A stretch of DNA of 64,000 bases from Candidatus Woesearchaeota archaeon (GTDB taxonomy: Archaea; Nanobdellota; Nanobdellia; SCGC-AAA011-G17; GW2011-AR18): positions 1-64,000 of the forward strand of contig JAGVZG010000004.1 in NCBI GenBank assembly GCA_018302765.1. The letters are read 5' to 3'. Under the pieces are notes generated by a model. The model did not search any database and was not told where the DNA came from. It worked only from the letters and a program-made list of their open reading frames with translations. Position 1 is the stretch's first letter; each line of letters begins with the position of its first letter. The position numbers were made by a program, and so were the translations under genes. Positions 18,811 through 27,735 of the stretch are shown here, one piece after another.

Positions 18811-19303
18811 TTAGTTTGTATAGTGTTTTAAGATCATCGTAAAATGGTACACTATTAATATTATAAATTTTTATAAGTATTATCCAGACTAATGCAACAT
18901 AAACTCCTGACAAAAATTTCCAGAAGAACATATGTATAATATTGAACCAAACCAATCCATGGTTAATAGCCAGGTAAATAACAAGCACAATTCTAATTAC
19001 ATTCATTGCAAATATCATTGCAAAACCATAAACAACCATTTTTATTCTTGTTTTTAGCATTATATCTTTTGTAAACAAGCACAAACCCCAAAAGAAATAA
19101 TACGCGTAAGGAATTATGCACGCATCCACAAATTCAAATTTTAGATCTTTAATTGAAAGTATATTGCCTTCTATTATTGGATTATAAACATATAGCATTA
19201 TATAAGAAAAATAAATAGTTATTTGTGTAAATAGCAATGAAAATACAGCTGGAGGCAAAAAGCACAAGACAAACCTAATTAAAAAATTATGAGGATATTT
19301 CAT
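18797..19303 (-). CDS. archaeosortase/exosortase-family transpeptidase (pacearchaeosortase-like)
   Basis: Polytopic protein with putative Cys-Arg-His triad: FVDAC, MNVIRI, IHMFFW. Confidence 0.78.
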   Translation of the reverse strand: MKYPHNFLIRFVLCFLPPAVFSLLFTQITIYFSYIMLYVYNPIIEGNILSIKDLKFEFVDACIIPYAYYFFWGLCLFTKDIMLKTRIKMVVYGFAMIFAMNVIRIVLVIYLAINHGLVWFNIIHMFFWKFLSGVYVALVWIILIKIYNINSVPFYDDLKTLYKLTKNK

Positions 19304-19374
19304 TATAAATAACTACTTATCTAAATATAAAATTGTTTCGCTATATTTTTATACTGAAAAATGATTGAAATTTT

Positions 19375-19980
19375 ATGATAGTTGAATACCTAGCCAATAT
19401 GATTCTTAGTGCAGTATCTTTTTTTGGATATTTTGGTGTTTTTATATTAATGGCTATGGAAAGTATGATATTTCCAATACCTAGTGAGGTTGTAATGCCC
19501 TTTGCTGGTTTTTTAATTTACAGCGGCAAATTTACTTTTTTAGGAGTCTTAATTGCAAGCTCTCTTGGATCATTATTCGGATCTTTAATATCTTATTATA
19601 TGGGAAAATATCTTGGCAGACCTATAGTTATTAAATACGGAAAATATTTTTTATTAAATAAACACCACCTTGAATTAACAGAAAGATTTTTTGCCATATT
19701 TGGAGAAAGAGCAGTTTTAGTCAGCAGATTTATTCCTGTAGTAAGGCATATTATTTCTATACCAGCAGGCATAGCAGAAATGAAATTAAAAAAATTTAGT
19801 ATTTATACATTAATTGGTGCAACTATTTGGAATATGGTTTTGGCATTTCTTGGATTTAAACTTGGTGAAAACTGGGACATGATACATAGTTTATCAACAG
19901 AACTTGACTTTGCAATAATTTTGATTTTGGTTTTTACTATATTATATTTTATAATAAAAAGATTAAGAAATAAAAGATGA
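19375..19980 (+). CDS. dedA: DedA family membrane protein
   Basis: ESMIFPIPSEVVMPFAG, SRFIPVVRHIISIPAG. Confidence 0.93.
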   Translation: MIVEYLANMILSAVSFFGYFGVFILMAMESMIFPIPSEVVMPFAGFLIYSGKFTFLGVLIASSLGSLFGSLISYYMGKYLGRPIVIKYGKYFLLNKHHLELTERFFAIFGERAVLVSRFIPVVRHIISIPAGIAEMKLKKFSIYTLIGATIWNMVLAFLGFKLGENWDMIHSLSTELDFAIILILVFTILYFIIKRLRNKR

Positions 19981-20516
19981 AAAAAGGATTTATTATAGGA
20001 ATTGGATTATTTTTATTAATAATTAGTATATTGTTTGACAAGCAGATTGTCAACTTTGTTGTAAGTCATCGTATAAATTCATTAAATAGTATCATACATT
20101 TTATTTCATTCATGGGAAGTGCATTTTCTGTAATTGTTCTAACAACGGTACTTTTTGTATCTGACAAAGAAAGTAGAAAATACATTCCAGTTTTATGGCT
20201 AACGCTGGTTCTGGTTTTAGGTCTTGTTACTATTTTAAAATATTTAGTTGCTAGACCAAGACCACTTGTTCCTGTTTTAGAAATTAATAACAACCATGCT
20301 TTTCCTAGCGGACATGCTGCAGCTGTTTTTGCACCCTTAGTTTTGATAGACAAATTATTTCCAAAAATAAAATGGTTATGGCTTGCTATTGGAATTTTGA
20401 TTTTATTTTCAAGAATGTACTTAGGTGCTCATTTCATGTCTGACGTTATTAGCGGTGCTTTGATAGGTTACATATCAGGAATTTTAATATTAAGAGTTAC
20501 AAAGATTAACTTTTGA
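19977..20516 (+). CDS. PAP2-family lipid (polyprenyl) phosphate phosphatase
   Basis: KYLVARPRP, AFPSGH, SRMYLGAHFMSD; ATGA overlap with dedA. Confidence 0.93.
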   Translation: MKKGFIIGIGLFLLIISILFDKQIVNFVVSHRINSLNSIIHFISFMGSAFSVIVLTTVLFVSDKESRKYIPVLWLTLVLVLGLVTILKYLVARPRPLVPVLEINNNHAFPSGHAAAVFAPLVLIDKLFPKIKWLWLAIGILILFSRMYLGAHFMSDVISGALIGYISGILILRVTKINF

Positions 20517-20518
20517 AA

Positions 20519-21655
20519 ATGGTGTTAAATATAACTTTTACAAAAATAGGAAAATTAAGGAAAGAAGTCTCCAAGTTAATAAGAATTAAATATTTTTTAT
20601 CTTATTTAAAACTAAAAGATATTGAGCTATATCAACATAATGACTTACTTAATAACCAATTTTATTATTTAATTAAAATTTTAAAAGAATTAGAGAATAT
20701 AAACTGGAATTTATTCAGCAGAGATAATCTAATTAAATTGAAAAATGATATTGCATTTATAAATTTTGACGATTCTTTGAGATTGGAAGATTTATCTGAA
20801 TTCTCGCAAAATATACTTGAACTAAAATTTTTACTTGAAGAAATCTATGAAGCAAGAAATAATTCAGATAGTATTAAAATAAATCAATTGATTAGACAAG
20901 GAGTCAATGTTAATTTTTTAAATTTGAAAATTATGAAAATTCTTCAAATTTTAAAATCTGCTTTTGGTGAAATAAGTCCAAGAAATCACTTACTTGGGGG
21001 GTTTTCTGGATATGCTTCTAAGAAATTATTTTTTGGAAAGAAATTTTTAGTTGGTACTGCTTTAGCTGGGTTTCTTACAGGTACTCCAAATATCTTAGAA
21101 GCAAGTCAATTACCTGCTGCAGCAATGTCAACTAAATCTGGTTCTATACAAGGAAAATTTGAAAGAACTTATAGATGGAATAAACAAATATCTGCGGCTG
21201 AAGCTAGATACGGTATAGAAAGAGGCATACTTGCTGGTCTAATAATGAGAGAAAGTGAAGGCGATCCTTTAAAATTAAATTCAAGAGATGATGGAGGGGT
21301 TGGTCTAATGATGTTTCAACCTGGAACTGCAAGGACAATGGGTCTTAAAGTATACGGAAGTTCTAGAGCAACTGGAGTTGATAGAAATCATGGAAGAGAA
21401 TTAAGATCTCTAGTAAACAAATATAAATTTAATCTCGGTACTTTAGCTAGACTTGATGAACGTTTTGACATTGTAAAGTGCATTGATGCTGGCGCTAGAT
21501 ATTTGAGAGTTTTGTATAACAAATATGGTTCTTGGGATACAGCTTTATCTGCTTATAATAGGGGAACTCCTGCTCGCTTTGCTAGATTTACTACTCATGT
21601 AAGGGCTGTAAGAAAATATCAAAATTATTATTTAAGAAATATTAGAAGATGGTAA
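20519..21655 (+). CDS. protein with C-terminal lytic transglycosylase (SLT/GH23) domain
   Basis: ILAGLIMRES (putative catalytic Glu), GVGLMMFQPGTA, IDAGARYL, ALSAYNRG; internal hydrophobic segment FLVGTALAGFLTG. Track uses TTG at 20513. Confidence 0.85.
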   Translation: MVLNITFTKIGKLRKEVSKLIRIKYFLSYLKLKDIELYQHNDLLNNQFYYLIKILKELENINWNLFSRDNLIKLKNDIAFINFDDSLRLEDLSEFSQNILELKFLLEEIYEARNNSDSIKINQLIRQGVNVNFLNLKIMKILQILKSAFGEISPRNHLLGGFSGYASKKLFFGKKFLVGTALAGFLTGTPNILEASQLPAAAMSTKSGSIQGKFERTYRWNKQISAAEARYGIERGILAGLIMRESEGDPLKLNSRDDGGVGLMMFQPGTARTMGLKVYGSSRATGVDRNHGRELRSLVNKYKFNLGTLARLDERFDIVKCIDAGARYLRVLYNKYGSWDTALSAYNRGTPARFARFTTHVRAVRKYQNYYLRNIRRW

Positions 21656-21789
21656 TTTTGTTTTATTAGATGTAATAATAATTGTAAAATTATTCTTATA
21701 AATTCAATTTATTTTTGTAAAATCAGCTTCCAAAACATTTAAATAAGAGTTATGACTCAACAATAGCAACAATTTGGGAGGCAGAAGTA

Positions 21790-23448
21790 ATGAAAAAACT
21801 TATTTTGGTATTATTATTTATGTTAGTTCTATCTTTCAATGTTTATGCTGCAGGTAACTTAAATATGAATATTGTTTCTGTAAGTTCCTCAGTTTCACCT
21901 GGTGGTAATATTAGATTAGACGTTAATCTAACAAATATAGGAGTCAATCCTTTAGATCCTATAAAAGTTACAACAACAGATCCTAGAGATTCTGCTGGTA
22001 ATGTTTTAGATGTAAATAACGTTGTTTTAGAAAATGCAAATTCAGGACTTGGTCCATTAGGAGCAATGGGCTCCAGGGTAGTAAGTTTATCAATACAATT
22101 ACCACAAGGACAACCAGGCACTTACACAGCAACCCTAACTGTAGACTTTGATGGAGTAAGCACAGATTCTAAAACTTATAGCTTTAATTTGCTATCACCT
22201 CTTAGCGTAAAGTTTAACAACGCTGAACTAAACTCATTATCTGTTAACTTAGAAAGTGGCGAGGATGAAAATGAATTAAGTTTATTGCTAACAAATATAG
22301 GTAACGTTCCATTAACTAATTTAAGAGCACTTGCAATATTTCCTGATTTAGAAGACAATGATGACGACACTGTAGATATATCAAATCCAACACCTATTAG
22401 TTCTTTATTACCTGGACAATCTGCAACTATAAGATTTTTATTTGATGTTGATTCTGGTTTTGATGAATCTGTACTAGATGGTGTTATAAAGATTGAATCT
22501 ACTGAATTCAGAGCAAAGGAATATAACCTTAAGTTGAACGTAAAACCTCTATCTTGCCAACTAAATTCAAAAAGTGACAAGATAGGATTGAATATAAACA
22601 AGCCAGACGACAATGATGATTTTGAATCAGGCGACGTAGTTAATGTTGATTTAGAAGTTGAAAACAAGGATAATGATGATATGGATGTAAAGATTGAAGC
22701 ATTGTTATACAATACTGACAAAGATAAAAAATTAGACAGTTATGTTATTTCAAAGAACATTAATGATGATGACACTGAGGTATTTAAGTTTAAATTAAAT
22801 TTTGATGACGTTAAAGATGACGATGTCAAATTATATGTAAAAGCATATAATGACGATGATGATTTAATGTGCAAAAGCGATGATGTTAATTTAGACGTTA
22901 GTGTTCCAGATCATAAAGTTACTATAAATAATCCAACATTATCTCCTGCAATTGTTGCATGTGGCGACAGAGTTGTTGGAAATGCATTGCTGAAGAACGT
23001 TGGTGATAATGATGAAAATGTTGTTTTAGACGTATTTAATACCCAACTTGGATTAAGTCTGAATTCTCAATCCTTTGAACTAAAAGAAGATGAAGATGAA
23101 AATACAAGAGCCTTAGATTTTGCATTTAATACTCCAGAAAATGCAAAAGATGGTTCATATCCAGTAACCTTAAGAGTTAGATATGGTGGACAAGAAACAA
23201 ATTCACAAGTGACATTAGTTTTACAGGGTTGTTCTGCTGCAACACAAGTACAGAAAAGCACTAGTGTACAAAGTTCAACAGATGATAATTTAGTATTTAC
23301 AGGCTCTGGAGTTTATACAGAAAAAGGACTTTTTGACAAATTCAATAAGTCAGAATTTGGAGTTCCTACTTCAGTATGGCTACTAGTTGATTTATTGTTA
23401 GTTGTATTGATTATAGGCTGCCTTGTCTGGTTATTCAGAACCAGATAG
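21790..23448 (+). CDS. putative S-layer / cell-surface glycoprotein
   Basis: Signal peptide, repeated beta-sandwich-like segments, Asp-rich motifs, Ser/Thr linker, C-terminal TM helix followed by RTR. Confidence 0.72.
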   Translation: MKKLILVLLFMLVLSFNVYAAGNLNMNIVSVSSSVSPGGNIRLDVNLTNIGVNPLDPIKVTTTDPRDSAGNVLDVNNVVLENANSGLGPLGAMGSRVVSLSIQLPQGQPGTYTATLTVDFDGVSTDSKTYSFNLLSPLSVKFNNAELNSLSVNLESGEDENELSLLLTNIGNVPLTNLRALAIFPDLEDNDDDTVDISNPTPISSLLPGQSATIRFLFDVDSGFDESVLDGVIKIESTEFRAKEYNLKLNVKPLSCQLNSKSDKIGLNINKPDDNDDFESGDVVNVDLEVENKDNDDMDVKIEALLYNTDKDKKLDSYVISKNINDDDTEVFKFKLNFDDVKDDDVKLYVKAYNDDDDLMCKSDDVNLDVSVPDHKVTINNPTLSPAIVACGDRVVGNALLKNVGDNDENVVLDVFNTQLGLSLNSQSFELKEDEDENTRALDFAFNTPENAKDGSYPVTLRVRYGGQETNSQVTLVLQGCSAATQVQKSTSVQSSTDDNLVFTGSGVYTEKGLFDKFNKSEFGVPTSVWLLVDLLLVVLIIGCLVWLFRTR

Positions 23449-23479
23449 ATTTTTATTTTAGTTTATTATTTTTCTTTTT

Positions 23480-23779
23480 ATGAGTTTTAATGAAAAAGTC
23501 TGGGATTTATGCAAGGAAATACCTAGAGGAAGAGTCAGTACTTATAAAATTCTAGCTGAGAAACTTGGAACAAAAGCTTACAGGGCTGTTGGAAATGCAC
23601 TAAACAAAAATCCTTATTCTCCTATTGTTCCCTGCCATAATATTGTAGATTCCCAAGGACATTTGCATGGCTTTGCCAATGGTTTAAAGGTCAAAAGAAT
23701 ATTATTAGAGAATGAAGGTATAAAGATTAAAAATTGTAAAATTGTTGATTTTGAGAATGTAATTTACAGATTTAAATAA
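23480..23779 (+). CDS. ogt: methylated-DNA-protein-cysteine methyltransferase (Ogt-like, C-terminal domain only)
   Basis: IPRGRVSTY, YRAVGNALNKNP, PCHNIV (canonical PCHRV), LLENEG. Confidence 0.85.
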   Translation: MSFNEKVWDLCKEIPRGRVSTYKILAEKLGTKAYRAVGNALNKNPYSPIVPCHNIVDSQGHLHGFANGLKVKRILLENEGIKIKNCKIVDFENVIYRFK

Positions 23780-23818
23780 TATCATTAATTATTTATAATT
23801 AATTAACATAGTTTAATT

Positions 23819-24299
23819 ATGAAAAAAGAAAAAGCGGTTTTTGCTGCAGGTTGTTTCTGGGGCGTACAAGAGGCATTTGACAAAGTTGATTGTGTATTAA
23901 ATACTGTTGTTAGGTATACTGGCGGACTTAAAGAGTATAAAAATCCTAGTTATGAACTAGTCTGCTCTGGAAAAACAAAACATGCAGAAGCAATACAAAT
24001 TGAATTTGATCCTGAAAAATTTAGTTATGAAAAGTTGTTGGGAATTTTTTGGAATGGTCATAATCCAACCACATTAAACAGACAAGGCCTTGACATAGGA
24101 AGTCAATACAGGTCTGCTATTTTTTACCTAAATGAGAAACAGAAAAAATTAGCTTTGAATTCTAAAGAAGAATATGAGGAAAAAATTAGGTAAGAAAATT
24201 GTCACTGAAGTTGTTAGGGCTAAAGAATTTTACCCTGCTGAAGAATATCATCAAAAATATTATAAAAAACACTCTATACTTTGTCATTTAAGAATATGA
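23819..24299 (+). pseudogene. msrA: peptide-methionine (S)-S-oxide reductase MsrA, split by a +1 frameshift in an A6 run (24180-24185)
   Basis: AGCFWG and YRSAIFY in the first frame (stop 24191-24193); FYPAEEYHQKYY in the next frame, ending TGA 24297-24299. Confidence 0.88.
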
Positions 24300-24682
24300 A
24301 AATCCCTAAAACAGAAAATGAATGGAAGAAGAAACTGACTAGGGAAAGATATCATGTTATGAGAGAAAAAGGGACTGAAATTCCATTTACAGGAAAATTA
24401 TTGCGTAATAAAGATAAAAGAGATTATACGTGTGGGGCTTGTGGCACTAAATTATTTTCTTCTGATACTAAATTTGATTCTGGAACTGGATGGCCAAGTT
24501 TTAGTGATGCTAATAAAAAAAACATTGAACTTAAGGAAGACAACAGCTATGGAATGCATAGAATTGAAGTTATCTGTAAAAAATGCAAGTCTCATTTAGG
24601 ACATTTATTTGACGATGGGCCTGGACCAACTGGAAAAAGATACTGCATTAATTCTTGTACTTTAAAATTCAAGAAAAAATAA
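24296..24682 (+). CDS. msrB: peptide-methionine (R)-S-oxide reductase MsrB
   Basis: GTEIPF, CGAC, DSGTGWPSF, CKKC, HLGHLF, RYCINS; ATGA overlap with the frameshifted msrA end. Confidence 0.95.
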   Translation: MKIPKTENEWKKKLTRERYHVMREKGTEIPFTGKLLRNKDKRDYTCGACGTKLFSSDTKFDSGTGWPSFSDANKKNIELKEDNSYGMHRIEVICKKCKSHLGHLFDDGPGPTGKRYCINSCTLKFKKK

Positions 24683-24684
24683 AA

Positions 24685-25656
24685 TTACCCTCCTGTAAGA
24701 TATAAATGTCTTGAAATAGGATCTAAACTTGCCAACCATGACCCTGGTCCAGTAAATGCTTCATGTAAAACCTCTCTTGATGAAACTTTTTCTTTTGGAG
24801 CATTTCTAATAAGAAAATCTAAAGAATCTCCAGGATTATAAATTTCAGGAAGCTCATAAAAATTAACAAATGCTTCTCTTCTAAAAACCCTTGCATTACT
24901 TGTACCTAATAATTTAACATCATATCCTTCTACTTTAAGCATTGCTCCCTCTTTTAATCCTACAACAGTATATGGAAAATGATGATGAAATTCCATTATT
25001 CTGTCAAGATGAGATTCTCCCTGATGATCAAGTAAAGCTACAACTTCAGGAGAAATTTCCATAATTCTTGCACGTTGTCCATCTGTTACTTCAACCCTTT
25101 CCAAGTAATGAGGTTTAATATTAAATGGAACAAATTGCAAGGCATCTAAATCTGAATTTGGTTTTGAATTATCATTAGAAGTACATATATTCATCCCAGC
25201 AACAACTGTACCTGCACTAACTCCAAGATAAGGTACACCTTGAGATATTCTTTCTCTCAGAGCCCCAATTGCCCCAGTACAATCTAATGTTCTTAACAAA
25301 TCATAAGTATTTCCTCCGCCCACATAAAAACCTTCAGCTTCTCTTATAGCCTCAATAACACTATCTGCATATTGAATATTCTTTAATTCAAATCCCATCT
25401 GTCTAAAACGAGCTTGCAGTAATTCAGTATATGTATTTCTTCTTTCTTCTGAACTAGGAATACTCAATTCTCCACCACTAGCCTTCAGCTTTTCGATAAT
25501 AACACGATCTACAGCGTTTGGTTCAGCATAAGGAATAAATAAAATATTTTTAACACCATCAAAATGCTCCTTTACTTGATTTTCACAATAACCAAGAAAA
25601 ACTTTAGGCTGGTCTCTTGTTTTTGAATTACTCACCAACAACAAATTTCTTGCCAT
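24685..25656 (-). CDS. pepE: dipeptidase E (peptidase S51)
   Basis: LFIPYA, GGGNTY, GVSAG (nucleophile Ser), NIKPHY, GE(S)H; likely start MARNLLLVSNS. Confidence 0.88.
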   Translation of the reverse strand: MARNLLLVSNSKTRDQPKVFLGYCENQVKEHFDGVKNILFIPYAEPNAVDRVIIEKLKASGGELSIPSSEERRNTYTELLQARFRQMGFELKNIQYADSVIEAIREAEGFYVGGGNTYDLLRTLDCTGAIGALRERISQGVPYLGVSAGTVVAGMNICTSNDNSKPNSDLDALQFVPFNIKPHYLERVEVTDGQRARIMEISPEVVALLDHQGESHLDRIMEFHHHFPYTVVGLKEGAMLKVEGYDVKLLGTSNARVFRREAFVNFYELPEIYNPGDSLDFLIRNAPKEKVSSREVLHEAFTGPGSWLASLDPISRHLYLTGG

Positions 25657-25811
25657 AATTTTAAGTTTTGTAAAAAAGTATATAAAACTTCCCTTTTTAG
25701 TTACTAAACAATAGTTATTCAAGTATTTCTACTATCTTTACCATTGCTAGTGTTCTCCTTCGCTTCCATTTATATTATTTAGTGCACTAGGGCTTTAGAC
25801 ATGACTATGAC

Positions 25812-25952
25812 AGCGCGGGGAGGGAAATTCGTAAACTTTTTTGTTAAGGAAGTTTAGTTCGAACCCCCAATCTGTTGCTGTCTTCTTTATTATAGCTATT
25901 AGTTCATAATAGCAAACTGCAGGCAACTGCCTTGCCGTTGGGCCACCCGCGC
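25812..25952 (-). tRNA. tRNA-Cys(GCA) with two introns (37/38 at 25880-25916; 59/60 at 25826-25857)
   Basis: Acceptor GCGCGGG/CCCGCGC, U73, anticodon stem GTTGC/GCAAC, anticodon GCA at 25918-25920; T-loop BHB helix TTCG/CGAA; 72-nt mature cloverleaf. Confidence 0.88.
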
Positions 25953-25974
25953 GCAAAGAAACAAACCACATTAT

Positions 25975-25982
25975 TATTTAAA
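25975..25982 (-). promoter_or_regulatory. TATA box of tRNA-Cys
   Basis: TTTAAATA 23-30 nt upstream of the tRNA 5' end. Confidence 0.6.
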
Positions 25983-26122
25983 TAGATTTTCTTTAAGAAA
26001 TTATACCAATTAATAACAAAAGTTACAAAATATTTCAGTTTTTTTTCCAGTTGGCAAATGCGTAATTTTTTCAAAAAAACACCAACAGATTTAAATATAA
26101 CTTATTAAAATATATGTAGATT

Positions 26123-26737
26123 ATGCATAAACATAGTAAAAAAGAGGAAGTGTATAATTTTTTGCTTGAAATTGGCAAAGAGATAGCAAAAAGAAAGCTG
26201 GGTGCACTATTTATTATTGCCCCTGAAGGTAATTTTAAAGGTATTTATGAATTATTATATCCTCAAGTTATAGAAAGCCATAAAATATTTGAAAGAGGAT
26301 CAAAAGAATTAATATTAAAACTAGCTGAGCTTGACGGCGCTTTCTTGGTTCATGATGACGGAACTTTGGAAGCATTTGGTGCAAGAATACTTAAGTCAAA
26401 AGCACTCCCTGGCTATGGAACAAAGCATGCCGCAGCGACTGGAATTACGGGTTACATTAGGAATTCCACTGCAATATTAGTCAGCGAAGAAAACCAGTGG
26501 ATTAAAATTTTTAAAAACGGAAAAATAGTTTTGGAAATGGACTCTTCTAAAACACCTCCTTCAGTAATGCATAAAGTTGTTACATTTTTAACAGACAATG
26601 ACACTGCTTTACTAGCAACTGCAGGGGCTTCTGCTGCAATTATGGGTGTTATTCCTGTAGTTATAGTTTCTGGAACTTATTTAGCAATAAAAACTGCTTC
26701 TGGAATAATAAAGAAGAGCTTAAAACATAACCATTAA
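26123..26737 (+). CDS. diadenylate cyclase (DisA_N/DAC domain) with C-terminal hydrophobic segment
   Basis: GALFII, LDGAFLV, GTKHAAA (variant of RHR motif), VSEE. Confidence 0.8.
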   Translation: MHKHSKKEEVYNFLLEIGKEIAKRKLGALFIIAPEGNFKGIYELLYPQVIESHKIFERGSKELILKLAELDGAFLVHDDGTLEAFGARILKSKALPGYGTKHAAATGITGYIRNSTAILVSEENQWIKIFKNGKIVLEMDSSKTPPSVMHKVVTFLTDNDTALLATAGASAAIMGVIPVVIVSGTYLAIKTASGIIKKSLKHNH

Positions 26738-26836
26738 TTTGTTTTCTTTGATTTTATGTGAATAGATAGTACGTTGATTTATAACACCACTGTATAATAG
26801 TAATATTTATAAATCATATATTTGTTCCAGCTAACT

Positions 26837-27709
26837 ATGTCAAGAGTAAAGAAAGTAGGATTGCACTTCGATATGGAAATGCTTAGAGTAGCATCTGATA
26901 TTGAAACGAGTGCAAAAACTTTAGAAGATTTGTGTACGGAATTAAAAAAACAAACTCAACCGCTTAAAAGAGCTAGAAAAACTCTTGTGGATGCATTCAA
27001 TGTATTTGATGATATTGATTACAGTTTAAGTGACAGTTTAGGCAACTGTATGTTTGGGAATATTATAATTGAAAATTATGATTTAGTTAAAAAAACAGTA
27101 TTGAAAGGCATAAATAATTATTTAGGGGTAATTGATGCTTTTAATAGTCCACCTTTTAATGGAAAAATTGAACATGTAAACTTTGACAACGAGCATAGCG
27201 ACGCTAGAGATATGCGTACTGCTTTAAAAGCACATGACTTACTTGGCATTGTTTTAGGAACTTTCATAGAAACAAAATTAAATGTTCCACAATTAGTTGG
27301 TTTGCTGTATAATGAAATTGCTGCTTATAATAAATATCTAAGAGACCGTTTTGTTAAATCTAATGAAACTCCAAAATTGCAAACAGCAAGGATTTTAGTT
27401 GTTGGTGAAGAAGAACAAAGGGCAAAATATACTAAGATTAAATTAATGGATGGCAATCCTGTACTTACAGAAGTTATGTTAAGTATAATGGAAAAATTGC
27501 CTGAATACAAAGAACGTACAGTTAGAGAAAAAGGAAGAAATAAAAAACTGAGAGAGGTAAGTAATTTTGGTGTTAGTGACTCAGTAGATCATATTATTGC
27601 TTTCTCTAGTCCGAAAATATTAGAATATATAAAAGATCCGAAAAAATTCTTTGCAGAAGTAGCTTCTGGCCTAAGAATTTACTATGACGTTGTTGTGCCA
27701 ATACTATAG
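26837..27709 (+). CDS. hypothetical protein (possibly the N-terminal part of the downstream AAA ATPase)
   Basis: About 290-aa ORF; the ATPase frame is open across its stop codon. Confidence 0.65.
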   Translation: MSRVKKVGLHFDMEMLRVASDIETSAKTLEDLCTELKKQTQPLKRARKTLVDAFNVFDDIDYSLSDSLGNCMFGNIIIENYDLVKKTVLKGINNYLGVIDAFNSPPFNGKIEHVNFDNEHSDARDMRTALKAHDLLGIVLGTFIETKLNVPQLVGLLYNEIAAYNKYLRDRFVKSNETPKLQTARILVVGEEEQRAKYTKIKLMDGNPVLTEVMLSIMEKLPEYKERTVREKGRNKKLREVSNFGVSDSVDHIIAFSSPKILEYIKDPKKFFAEVASGLRIYYDVVVPIL

Positions 27710-27735
27710 AACCTAAATGCAGAGAATTACCTATA

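Noticed and set aside
25723-25800. Short ORFs between tRNA-Cys and pepE
   Set aside because: At most 16 codons, no motif or convincing RBS
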